DNA of 64,000 nt from the NCBI GenBank assembly GCA_964234715.1, contig OZ174280.1; one strand, given 5' to 3'. Under the pieces are notes generated by a model. It searched no databases, was not told the origin of the DNA, and worked only from the letters and a program-made list of their open reading frames with translations. Position 1 is the stretch's first letter. Each line of letters opens with the position of its first letter. This stretch comes from Podarcis melisellensis. Its lineage: Eukaryota. This document shows, in pieces, positions 25,236-36,345 of this stretch. Both the position numbers and the translations under genes were made by a program.

Positions 25236-27534
25236 CACACCAACACATAAACTTAGGTTTAATACTGTGCCGAATATAATGACCTTAAGTAGTTCTTAAA
25301 CATTTTCTTCTGAGAAAAACTTCCATATTGTTTTGCTAACCATTTACCAGGTCAACTGTGTTACAAATAAAGTGCAAGAATGTAATTTACTAAAAAGACT
25401 GATGTCGATCATCACTATAGGGGGGTGATCAATTCAGGCTGATCTTCATTCAGAAAGCTAACAATGTGACCTTTACAGATCCCTTAGCAATTCTTTTGCT
25501 TATGTAATGACAAACTGTATCTGTTCACCAAGGAAACAACACTGTGGGATTAAATCACGACTAATATGAGGTTGGCCAAGAAGAGTTTTAAGAGAAAGCA
25601 GCTGCTTAAATCTCCAGCAAGATTTTTCACTCACAGAATGTTCAGAATCAAATCAGAATCCCTGCCCTGAGGTAGGATCCTCTGTTTTGTCTGTTGATTA
25701 CTCATTCATAACCTGCACAGGGGTTGGTAATGTCACAGATGTATTATAAAGCTACATGGTACAGCTCTTAGTGAAGACTTGCTGCAGAGTATCCCCCAGT
25801 TGAAATGGGGGATTCTGGAGCAGCATTTTGGATCAATGGTGCTTGCAAAGGTGGACACTTCTGAGCAAATGCTTGCAGATGGGACCTGGGCAAACAACCC
25901 AATCCCACAAGACCTCTCCATCCACTGCTGGCTTTGTGCTTTCCACAAAATCATCCAGAAACTTAGCCTATTCTTGCTGTAGAGCAAATGTTTCCAGATA
26001 GCTCCCCCAAGAGTAGGAATGAGGTTAAAATGGGGCAGGAGCGAGGTTTCCCTAGCACTGCTGTCTATTAGAATTAGCAAAGGAATAGAAGGAATTGGTG
26101 CTGTGAAGTAATTAAAAGCATTGTTGTCACTGCTAATATTACTCTGAGCATTTAACATTTTATTAGTGTCAATGCTATGTGAGGCACTGTGCAAAATACA
26201 AGGAGACAAGTCAGAGAGCTTAAAATCCATGTAAGCAAATCGCTAAAGGCTGATCTACTGCATGTTTAGTAAAATAATAACACTCTTCCTTGGATTGTTC
26301 TACTCCGGTATGTATGTAAGTATGTATTGCATTTGTTTCTCACCTTTTCATCTAAGGAACTCAAGGTGGCCTGCACTGTAACAGAGATTTGAGAAAGAAA
26401 GCTGAGATTCTGACACGCCTCCACTTGCAAAGACTTTAAGGTCTTTTGGAATTGTGCCCCTAATTTGCATGGCTTATGTTTAGTTTGTTACTTCCCGCAT
26501 CAGGAACAACTTCTAAGCATCTGTAGAATTTAGGGTTTAAAAGGGACAAACAGAAGAGGAAGGTAGAAGAAAAGTCCCTGAGCCAAACCTATTGAAACCC
26601 AATGTCTCCATCTGGCAAACCACACAGTGAGGGAAGGCTGCTGAAGATACCAGGGACTAAGGCAAGACATGTTCCTTGTCGTATATATGTATCAGTAGTC
26701 ACGGTTTTGCCAGAAGTTTCAGAGTAAACAGTCTAGAGCAGATTAATAAATATGGTGATGCTGTAAAGAAAAATCGTATGTGAATACATCTAATTACATG
26801 AGGAAATGCTGGCATTGTCAATTATTGAGAGTGCAGTACTCTGCATGGCGATTCAGAAGCAAGCTTGGTTGTGTTCCATGGAGCTTACTCCCAGGCAAGT
26901 GTGCACAGGCTTGTAACCCAAGGATGTTTTCACAAGAGATACTATATATATATATATATCACATTGCTCTCCATTATCTCTTTCTTTCACCTTTCCATCA
27001 CGCAAGCTATGTTCCCATTATTTCACCTTCTACCAAAAATATCTCCTAATTATTTGAGCAACTGCATTTTTGTTTTTTGTAAATGAAAATATTGTAGTGA
27101 TATAATGCTGCTTTGAAAGTTTTGGCGCTCGATTTAGTGAGCATAATATTAGCAGCAGAGCACAGGCTAGTGCCTCTGGTGGAGCACAGGGTGGAGATGA
27201 GAGGGTGGGCAGCAGTATTGCCCTGACTCTCCTCTCTCTGCCCCCAGGTCAGGCTTGACACTGGAGTGGAGCTGCAACTGGCAGCATTGGGCCGATTCAG
27301 GCTATGATGAGAGAGTCTGTCATGGCCCCTGATCAGGGCTCCTGGTCGGGGCCCGTAAAGAAAACATGTGCCCGGGGCTACACACCCCATGATATGCCAC
27401 TGCATAATAACTTGGTAAATATATTTGTAACACACCCATTTCAGAGAGAGATGAAATTCAAGTGAAAAAATATGATGTAATAACGAATCATAAATAAAAC
27501 CTTTGCATTTATTGGACTTGGCATGTGTGTTGAC

Positions 27535-27968
27535 TAGGGATGGGAGGATCTGTCAGTTTTCGATTCTGTCAGTTTCTTATGTTTCCAATCTTAAGTTCAG
27601 TTTTCCACATTTCCATATCAGTTTGTGGGTTGTTGTTGTTTTTTTTGGGGGGTGTATGTGTCTTGAAATCCTTGTGAAGAATCATCAACATTTTAATGTG
27701 TATTTATCCTAATATACACATTTTTGTATGCAATTTCCACAAATATAATGCATTTTTCTGCTATTTCACTAATATATGCATTTTTACATCCACTTTACCC
27801 TCATGTCTGCATTTTGTACACACTAGTTAGCTGGAGAGATGTCCTGCATAATTGAGAAGTGAATATTGAAGGATGGCTGTTTTGGTTCTTGTGTTGTTTC
27901 AGAAAGTGTGAATTGGGTTAGATTCAGCTTTAAGCGTGAGCTGAATCAAATTCCTCACCAAACCCCTA
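27535..27968 (+). mobile_element. 434-bp AT-rich hAT non-autonomous element (intact reference copy)
   Basis: Perfect 8-bp TSD GTGTTGAC (27527-27534, 27969-27976); TAGGG...CCCTA termini; internal AATAT..CATTTTT repeats. Confidence 0.88.
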
Positions 27969-28289
27969 GTGTTGACAAAATTTCACAAAACATCTCTATG
28001 CTAGAGCTTCACAACCCTTGTGGTGATCCAGGCAATTGATGTAATTCATGTAGTAAGTCCAACCAAATCATTGTGTCTGCAATATATGGTGCTGTTGTTT
28101 TAAAGCAAGCTCCTACAGGGCCTCTAAGAAAGATATTTAAGTCACATGGCTGAATGAAGTCTGAGTCTGGCTGAATCCAGTTTTGTCTCTTAAGGCATTG
28201 CAGTTGCCTGAATTTCATCTGAATTGGAATTATTTCTAAAGTGCTTTCATCATGTTATCCGGGCTTTGCCACCTGTCCTAGGAGGGCTA

Positions 28290-29075
28290 GGTGATGTAAA
28301 GGACTCCCAGATTGCTGGTTTTGGGGGACTTCAACATTCATGCTGAGGTGACTGGTTCTGGGGTAGCTCAGAACTTTATGGCTGCCATGATGATCATGGG
28401 GCTGTCCCAACATGTCACTGCCCCAATGCATGTGGCAGGTCACACTCTGAACCTTGCTTTCTCAACTGGGGAAGGAAGAGGGTGATATGAGAGTGGGGAA
28501 TCAGTCCCTTATCATGGTCAGATCACTTCCTTTTGAGATTTAGGCTTTCAGTACCTTTTTGCTCTGCAGAGGCAGGGTGCCTTTTAGGATGGTCCACCCT
28601 CAGATGCTGATGGATACAATGGGTTTCCAGACAGTTCTGGGGGATTTCCCAGCTGATATGACTGGCACCCTGTCCAAATCCTGGTCTGGAACATCTAAAT
28701 GGCTTGGGCCATTGACATGATGACTCCAAAGTGCCCTCTCCCGCTTTGTGGAGCCCAGAGCTGGTAGACAGCTCAAACAAGAATGGAGGGAAACTTCAGG
28801 AGAATGCAGTCAAACACTGGTGTGGGTTCATCACGAAGCCCACTTAGTGTCAGGGAAGGCATCAAAGAAGGCATACTTTGCTGCTGGCATTGCATCCTCG
28901 AGCTGTCTGGCAGAGCTTCTATATTCCTTTTAAATATGTTTGTGGGAGTTATTGGTTTGTTTTTGTTTTTGTTATGTATTTTGCATTCCCATTTTGTATT
29001 GTTATGTTGTGAACTGCCCTGTGATCTTTGAATGAAGGGCAGTATACAAATTGGAAGAGGAAGAGGATGAAGAAG
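28290..29075 (+). mobile_element. L2/CR1-group LINE: AP-endonuclease region followed directly by a 3' tail
   Basis: LLVLGDFNIH...GLSQHVTAPMHVAGHTLNLAF and LSWSDHFLL endonuclease motifs, linker KKAYFAAGIASS, then T-rich UTR and CTGCCCT...AGGGCAG terminal stem. Confidence 0.8.
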
Positions 29076-29698
29076 GAAAAACTGTCACTATTTCCTACTA
29101 CACTGCCTATATTTGGGGGTGGGGGCACTCATCTGTTTTTATTTTTTGTGTGAGCTACTAGGCTTATTGTTTTCCAGAGATCAGCACCCTTCTCAGGATA
29201 TCTGTTTGCTCCTCCAAATTGAGGACTGTCCTCTGTAAATGAGGACACACATTGTTCCCGAAGGATTCTTAAGAACAGAGTACCACCCATTTCTTTTGTT
29301 TGACAGTGTTCCCAGCAAGCCCTCCGTCTCCACAGTTTCCATCAGGCAAGCTTTGGGGTAAATTAAAGATCGAAGCCCTCTTGCAACATTTTATCTGTGC
29401 TACTTTCCCTCGACAAGGGCTTGGGAATGGGGAGCGGGAGGGTGGCCAGCAAAACAATGAAGTTGTTTGGAGCCCCATTGGGAACAGCTCTATATGCCTG
29501 GCCCCAAAAACCGAATTCACGCTGTAAGGAACAATGGGAGAAACACAGCTATTACCGAGCAATCAGTCATGATGACCCACCAAGGACACACTGAGAAGGG
29601 GCAATGGGAGAAATTAATGGCCTGAAACCAGCATGGCAACAAACTGCAGGAAACTAGGTGATGATGTGCTATGCTCTGAGCTTTCACCCTGCATCACT

Positions 29699-29996
29699 TA
29701 AGGCTGTCTTAAGCATATGCGGCACCAGGGTGCAAAGATCTGCCTGGTACACACACACACCCAAGTTGCCCAGTCCCAGGCACGCAGGAGAGTGGAGACG
29801 GATTGCGTCCTCAGAGTCTTGCTGGCTCGTTCACCCCCGAACTCATGGCGCAGAGCCATCTGCAGCAGAAGAGCCCACCACGGCGCTCCAACCGACGGGC
29901 AGGCTCTTCCCCAGACTCAGCTCTTGGCCTCACGCCCCTGAGAGCCTGGCACCTGGGTGCCCCGTACCCCTAGCAACTATGGGTAAGATGGCCCTG
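29699..29996. mobile_element. GC-rich MITE-like DNA transposon
   Basis: TAAGGCTGTCTTA ... TAAGATGGCCCTG imperfect TIRs; CpG-rich interior. Confidence 0.5.
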
Positions 29997-30076
29997 ACTT
30001 AAACTGAAATGGGCGGGTGGGGGGATGGTTCGGACAAGGGCCAAACCTCAATAGCTTGCTGTTTCTAGAAGTAGGT

Positions 30077-30330
30077 AAAAGACAGGTAAGAGAAAGCATA
30101 TCTTCATGCTGAACATAATTAAACTATGGAACTTACTCCCATGGGAGGCAATGATGGCCACCAACATGGATGGCTTTGCATGAGGGTTAGACAAACTCAT
30201 GGAGGACAAGGCTATCAATGGCTACTAGCTATGCTGACTATACTCTGCCTCCTCAGTTGGAGGCAGAAATGCTTCTGAATGCAAGTTGTGGGAAAACACA
30301 GGAGGGAGAAATTGCTCTTGTCCCAAGTGC
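30077..30330 (+). mobile_element. CR1 LINE 3' fragment
   Basis: IIKLWNLLP...ATNMDGFA*GLDKLMEDKAINGY CR1 ORF2 terminus followed by 3' UTR. Confidence 0.85.
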
Positions 30331-30608
30331 CTGTGGGTAACCAGCAAGCAGAATTTGAGCACAAGTGTCCAGAGCTTCACACAGCACTATGGGTGGGGAA
30401 GGCAAACTCTGCAGAGTTAGCTTCCCACACTTCTAAATAATCAAAGGAATACACACTACCATCCGTAGAGGGAGGCCCCGGATCCATCACACCCAGAGTA
30501 TAACGTTGCTTAATTGCATCACCGTGTTTTAGGGCACTGGGTTGCGGAGGACGCCCCTTCATGCAGCAGAAAGCGGGTGGAGGTGTCATCAAAGACATTT
30601 CTACAGAG

Positions 30609-30811
30609 AAGGTGTTGCCAACCTTCTCAGGCTCATGGGCTCACTTGCAAACCAAATAAACTGTTGTGGGCAAATGCGCACCTGCAGCAACCAAGCACTC
30701 CCTGCAACCTATTCTATTGACACTTCTTTCAAGTCTAATTTCAGGAGGGGGGGTACCCTGCGGGCACCAGGAGAGGCTTTTGCAGTCCCATGAACACCAT
30801 TTGGTGACCCT
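30609..30811. mobile_element. hAT (Charlie-like) MITE
   Basis: AAGGTGTTGCCAA...TTGGTGACCCT termini; flanks CTACAGAG / CTGTAGAG (6/8). Confidence 0.55.
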
Positions 30812-31237
30812 CTGTAGAGAATAAGAAAGAGACCTATCCTTCACCATTTTACAGACAGATATAGGGACACATTTGGATACCACTAGGGCCCATTGCCCAG
30901 CCCCCTCTGTTGTTCTACATTGCTGGAGGCTTGACTCTGCCTTTTGTTTATTGTATTCCTTCACTCTACAAGTGCCTATTCTTTACCAGTTTAAAAGCTG
31001 GAAGGGTGTGTGTTTGGTTGGTTAAAGATTATCTTTTTTTGTATTGGAACTCCTTTTATGTATACATAAAGTGCTGGTTCCCTTTATTGCCAGGATAATA
31101 AAAGGCAATCTGCTCATTGCTCAAATAACACTGGTCAGAAATGAAAAACAACTGGAAATAAAAGTTTAAGGATGAAGTTTGGCTCCAGCCCATAATGATT
31201 AGGTTCCAGATTTAACCCTATAGTGGTCAGACTAGTA

Positions 31238-31373
31238 CAGGCATAGGCAAACTCGGCCCTCCAGATGTTTTGGGACTACAACTCCCACCATCCCTAGCTA
31301 ACAGAACCAGTGGTCAGGGATGATGGGAGTTGTAGTCCCAAAACATCTAGAAGGCCGAGTTTACCTATGCCTG
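31238..31373. mobile_element. 136-bp near-perfect palindromic hAT MITE
   Basis: CAGGCATAGGCAAACTCGGCC...GGCCGAGTTTACCTATGCCTG with ~58-bp arms; perfect 8-bp TSD GACTAGTA (31230-31237, 31374-31381). Confidence 0.93.
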
Positions 31374-31551
31374 GACTAGTACATATATATTGGGAAATTT
31401 TAATTGTCCTGCAGCTGTAGTATTTTATCAACAGTTCAAAATGTTTCCATTAGCAGTTGGAATGTGTTAATTGGAGCAGGCTGTGTTCTTCATAGGAATG
31501 CTAGGCCTACTCAGGGTAGACCCACTGAAATAATCATGACTAATTTAATAG

Positions 31552-32352
31552 CTGCATGTGTAAGAGGAGGGTAGCACCTCTGGTGGGGGACACGCCATTC
31601 TCTTTCTGTGGCAGTTTGTCCACTTCTGGTCTCCATCCTGCATCTCTCACCTGCAGTACCTAGAAGCTGTTACCACGTGACATCAGCCACACCCCATGAA
31701 TGGCTTCGACTGGCCAGTTAAACCAAGTGAAAGGAGCCAATGGTTCTCAAATCCTCAGTGAGTTAGGGACTTCCCATGCATGCGAAGATAGGCTCTGGTA
31801 GATTGAGCGGACACCAACAGTGGGTCCAATGGTCAAGGAGGCAGTTTCTCCATGTGATGTAAAGGGAAGTGAGAGACTGATGGGGTTTGTCAACCTGGGA
31901 AGGTAGCCCCTGTTGGAGAAGCAAAACTCTTATCCTGAACTTCTCTTGCCTTGCAGCTATAGTCCATCATGAAAAAGGCTTCAGGAGTACACCCTGAGGA
32001 GAAACCCATACCCACTGCCTTGCAGGATCTCTCCAGGAAAAGAAAAGGCTAAGGAGTAAACCCTACACAAATCCAGAGTGGAGTCTCTATGATGGTTGTA
32101 TGATGTCTTGTATACCTTCTCCTTACAACTCCTGCAGCCAAACTGGTGCCAAACATATTGTTCTTCTTTCCTTTGGACCACATCAGCAAGGCTAAGAGGG
32201 AGGTCTTGTCATCTGGGCAGCCCAGGACCTCCATGCACACTGCCCAGGCTTGTGCCCCAGGGAGGTAACTCCAGTGCTGCTAATGCAGTGGTTTACCCCC
32301 CCCCCCCGAGGTGCACTCCATTGTCTCTTGAGACAGATGGATGCCAACAAAC
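31552..32352 (+). mobile_element. Non-autonomous RTE-type retroelement (5' UTR plus short 3' tail, no ORF)
   Basis: First ~280 bp are colinear with 43516-43802; ends in CCATTGTCTCTTGAGACAGATGGATGCCAACAA (stem-loop plus CAA repeats, as in RTE tails); family assigned from recognition, not from a search. Confidence 0.65.
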
Positions 32353-32620
32353 TTGAGTAGGACTTAGCTGAATACAATCCTTAGTATCATATTGCTATTA
32401 GAGAGGATTCATCATAGCACTAAAGATATAGTTCTGTTGGGCAAAGAAAATCTCCCCTCACCTCCCCCTGCATGCTAGTCCATCTGGAGCAGATTGGCAG
32501 GGGGCAGAAGGAAGAGATGGGGGAAAGCTCTGTTGTACTGGCTTCTGCTAATAAAATGTGACAGCTGAATCCATCCCTCTGCTTCCCAATCCACCTAGGG
32601 TGGTCATGAGTCTTACTTTA

Positions 32621-32644
32621 CAACAACAACAACAACAACAACAA

Positions 32645-32684
<40 letters not shown>
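32621..32684. repeat. Compound (CAA)n(CA)n microsatellite
   Basis: Read directly. Confidence 0.97.
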
Positions 32685-32692
<8 letters not shown>

Positions 32693-34021
32693 TCTGTTGG
32701 AAGACATCCTTTATTTGAAGATCTGTGCTGTCCAAGTCTGGTTTAATGAAGAAGAAGCAGAAGAAAGTTTGTCGCTGGACAGCAGACCAGATAGACCCAT
32801 GTCTCACTATGATTGCATGCATTGTATTATTGTTTAAATTATAATAAACATTTCTAGATTTGCATCCATGCATGTAAATTAGCATATGCATCTTATGCAA
32901 ATTCCTGTCTCTGTGGGGTTTTTTTTTGGGGGGGTGAAGCATAACCATGCTTGAGAAAGGGGAAACAACAACACAATCTTCTGAGAAAGCAAACAGCAAT
33001 CCAAATTCTGTTTCATTATGAAAAATGGGAGCACCACAAGACTTTGTTCTAGGCCCTGTTTTTGAAGCTGTCTCTTATACTCTCTGCATTGACATCACTG
33101 CTGAGCAGCTAGAACAGTTGTCCCCATACTGTGTTGGCTGTATGCTTGGAGGTGTCAGAGCACAGTAGATGTTTGTGAAAAGCCAGTAATGGCAAACTGC
33201 CTTGGGCCCCTAAATTCCTCAAAAGATGGCCTATTCCATTATGTTCCATCAATCAAAAGCCCCTTTGCACCAATGCCTGGTGTTTGTCCACAGCATCTAG
33301 CGACAGTAATTATAGCCATAATAACATCCCCAGATAATAGGTAGGTGCCATATAGTGGATAAAGGCAGTGATCATTGCCTGCAGTATAATGATAGAGGTT
33401 GGGAACTCCATGTTCCCTTCAACAATGTCTAGTTTGGCCCTGATAGACAAGGAAAGTGTGGAATGGAGCACTATTAGACAGGAGGATGTGATCCTAATCG
33501 GGCAGATGCCCATAATGTGTATATGGATGTTACAACTGACTGAGGAAATGAATATTCTCTTTGACAAGCATTGCAAAAATAAGCAGAGACATCTTTGGAA
33601 AAACAGGTTCCCATGTCTTTGTTTTTGGTTTTTTTAGAAAATCTAAAAACCCCACTTGTGTTTTTGTTCTGCAAAGTATTTTCGGCGCTTGATTTCCAGC
33701 ACAGTAGTTTTATGGAAAACTTAAAAGTTTGCATCAAGCATTTCTCATATTGCAGGGGAAATGAACATTCTGTTCCATTCAAAAGCTTTCTTTTTTATAT
33801 AAAAAAGGGGGAATCATGTTTTCTTCTTGACAAAAGCATTCCAACCACTGTCTTTTTAAATTCTCTGTACAAAGGCAGCTAGAGAAAACTCTATCTCCAC
33901 TTAATTTCATAGTCATTGTGGCTGTGCACTGAGCTCTGGCACATTTATTTTCAAAATACCGCTTGAAGAGCCAGGGTAGTGGCTTTTTTCAAAGGCAAAG
34001 GGAATGGGCTCCATATTTTTC

Positions 34022-34137
34022 TTCTACCTGGTTCACTAGGTAGCTGAGCAGCTTAGTTAATTAGTGGCTGTAAGGCACTCAAGATTCCCTGATGAAAGGT
34101 GCTAATGAAGTGCAAAATATTAATTACTGTTGTTAAT
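34022..34137 (+). mobile_element. Ancient amniote MIR/L2-type SINE 3' half
   Basis: GCTTAGTTAATTAGTGGCTGTAAGGCACTCAAGATTCCCTGATGAAAGGTGCTAATGAAGTGCAAAATATTA resembles the TGTAAAGCGCTTTGAGAT...GATGAAAGGCGCTAT tail. Confidence 0.6.
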
Positions 34138-34740
34138 AGTGGGCCAAAGTCTGAAGCTATTAATTAGTTTATCTGCAGACATCCCCCACTCCAAAAATAA
34201 AAAATAATAAAAAATAATCACTGACTTCAATGAGTCAAGAATCCCTGACATTTTCATGCCCACAAACTATTATTTCACTAGTACTTCCAGGCTAGAAATA
34301 GGAAAGCAACTACTTTAGAATATCCACAGCATTAACACTGTTCCACTTGACCTTTGCTGAGAGCCCTCTTCTATTAAGCAATCTAATCTGCCTGGTTTCT
34401 CAGCAGGCAAATTAGAGCAGCCATCAGTGTAAATGTAGAGTATGGTTACCGTTCACTTTTGCTTCTCAGTGACCATAATGTCAGAGGAGAAAAGTCTTGA
34501 TATGTGTGATGGGGGAGGGGAAAAACTTTTTTGATATATGTTGTTACCTTGATCTATCTAAAAGTTCAAGACTGATTCCAAGGTTCCCATGAAATCATGC
34601 TAGCTATATGCTGGAAAACGGGTTTTGTGTCAGGACTGGGTGGGTAGGTGGATGGCAAAAGTGTCTCACATTTATTAGCTCTGCAATCACAATAGAATGG
34701 ACAAATGCCCAATTAAGATGTGACCATTATATCTGATTAG

Positions 34741-35088
34741 TATACCTGAAGGAGCGTCTCCATCCCCATCATTCTGCCCAGACATTGAGATCCAGCACCG
34801 AGGGCCTTCTGGAGGTTCCCTCACTGCGAGAAGCAAAGTTGCAGGGAATCAGGCAGAGGGTATTCTTGGTAGTGGCGCCTGCCATGTGGAATGCCCTCCC
34901 AGCAGATGTCAAAGAAATAAACAGCTATATGACATTTAGAAGACATCTGAAGGCAGCACTGTTTAGGAAAGCTTTTAATAGGGGATGAATCCTTGTCTTT
35001 AAATATTCTGCTGGAAACTGCCCAGAGTGGCTGGGGAAACCCAGCCAGATAGGTGGGGTATAAATAATAAATTATTATTAATAATAAC
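34741..35088 (+). mobile_element. L2-group LINE 3' end
   Basis: YLKERLHP...LRSSTEGLL.VP...QRVFLVVAPAMWNALP...FRRHLKAALF followed by stem-loop and ATAAATAATAAATTATTATT tail. Confidence 0.88.
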
Positions 35089-35378
35089 CATTAAGCAAAG
35101 AAGTGCCGCTGCCATTGGCACCAATTTTGGCAAGATCACGGCATTTGGCACAAGGTCTGACCCCAAATAGGCATGACCCTGCCTAAAATCTGCACAGATG
35201 TTGGTGCTGTTTCTCTGCAGACAGCAGATGGGGCATGGCGCATGGCGGTGGCAAAACAGGTGATGGCGGCAGGAACAACTAGGTGGTGGCAGGAGGACAA
35301 AGCCACCAGGACAAAGTGGCACATCTCGTTTCATCTCAAGTGGTGAAATGGGACTCACTGCCCCTGCTGATGGCACTA

Positions 35379-35620
35379 CAGTGGTACCTCGGGTTACGTA
35401 CGCTTCAGGTTACATACGCTTCAGGTTACAGACTCTGCTAACCCAGAAATAGTGCTTCAGGTTAAGAACTTTGCTTCCGGATAAGAACAGAAATCAAGCT
35501 CCGGCGGCACGGCAGCAGCAGGAGGCCCCATTAGCTAAAGTGGTGCCTCAGGTTAAGAACAGTTTCAGGTTAAAAACGGACCTGCGGAACAAATTAAGTA
35601 CTTAACCTGAGGTACCACTG
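35379..35620 (-). mobile_element. 242-bp Tc1/mariner MITE, copy 5
   Basis: Same TIRs, TA on both sides, many CpGs retained. Confidence 0.92.
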
Positions 35621-35714
35621 TACCATCAAGATCTCCCCAGCAGCTCTCAGGTCACAAGCTGGTTAGTATATACAGTGGCTGGCTCTCCAGTAACTTGGTC
35701 CCCACCTATACTGT

Positions 35715-36345
35715 ATATGGGTTTATACATCAGAACTAAAAAAATGAATTTAACTCAGTAGCTAATTGGCAACCACTGCAAATGCTTCAGCTGCATTTTG
35801 CAATTGCTGCAGCTTCTCCAAGGACAGCCCCACTTAGAGTGCATTGCAGTAATCTATATGGGAATTTACCAGAGCATGGAACACAATGACCCAGTTTTCC
35901 CTGTCCAGGAACAGCCATCTGAATCTGGAAATAGACACTTGGGCCTCCAGCAACAAGGTGGAATCCAAGAACACTTCCAGGCTACAGACCTGATCCTTCA
36001 GGCCGAGTGCAACCCCATCTAGAATAGCTTTTGCACCTAATTCCCACATACATCAGTCCACCGTGCCTCCATCTTGCCAGGATTCAACTTCAGTTTGTTG
36101 ACCCTCACCCATCCCATGATCACCTCCAGACTCTGATCCAGTACCTGCATGGTGTCACCTGCTTCTGATGACGTGGACAAACGGGAGTATCATCAGCATA
36201 CTGACAACACCTTGCCACAAAAGTCCTGATGATGATCACTCCCAACAACTTTAAGCAGACATTAAAAATGGGTTTCCCACATGGTTGGGTGGTCATCTGT
36301 ATGAGTAACCTGTGGCTGACAGTGTTGAGGAAAGGAGACATGTCC
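35715..36345 (-). mobile_element. L2-group LINE reverse-transcriptase fragments
   Basis: Minus-strand CCQYADDT, LDGVALGLKDQVCSLEVFLD and VFHALVNSHIDYCNAL motifs with internal deletions. Confidence 0.85.

Noticed and set aside
24897-25299. ORFs containing X runs
   Set aside because: Artefacts of the N gap.
25733-26230. Longest ORF (165 aa, minus strand)
   Set aside because: No recognisable domain or coding-like composition; a length like this can arise by chance in 64 kb.
32005-32065. Twister ribozyme suggested by CACTGCC
   Set aside because: The other conserved twister elements and pseudoknot partners could not be found.
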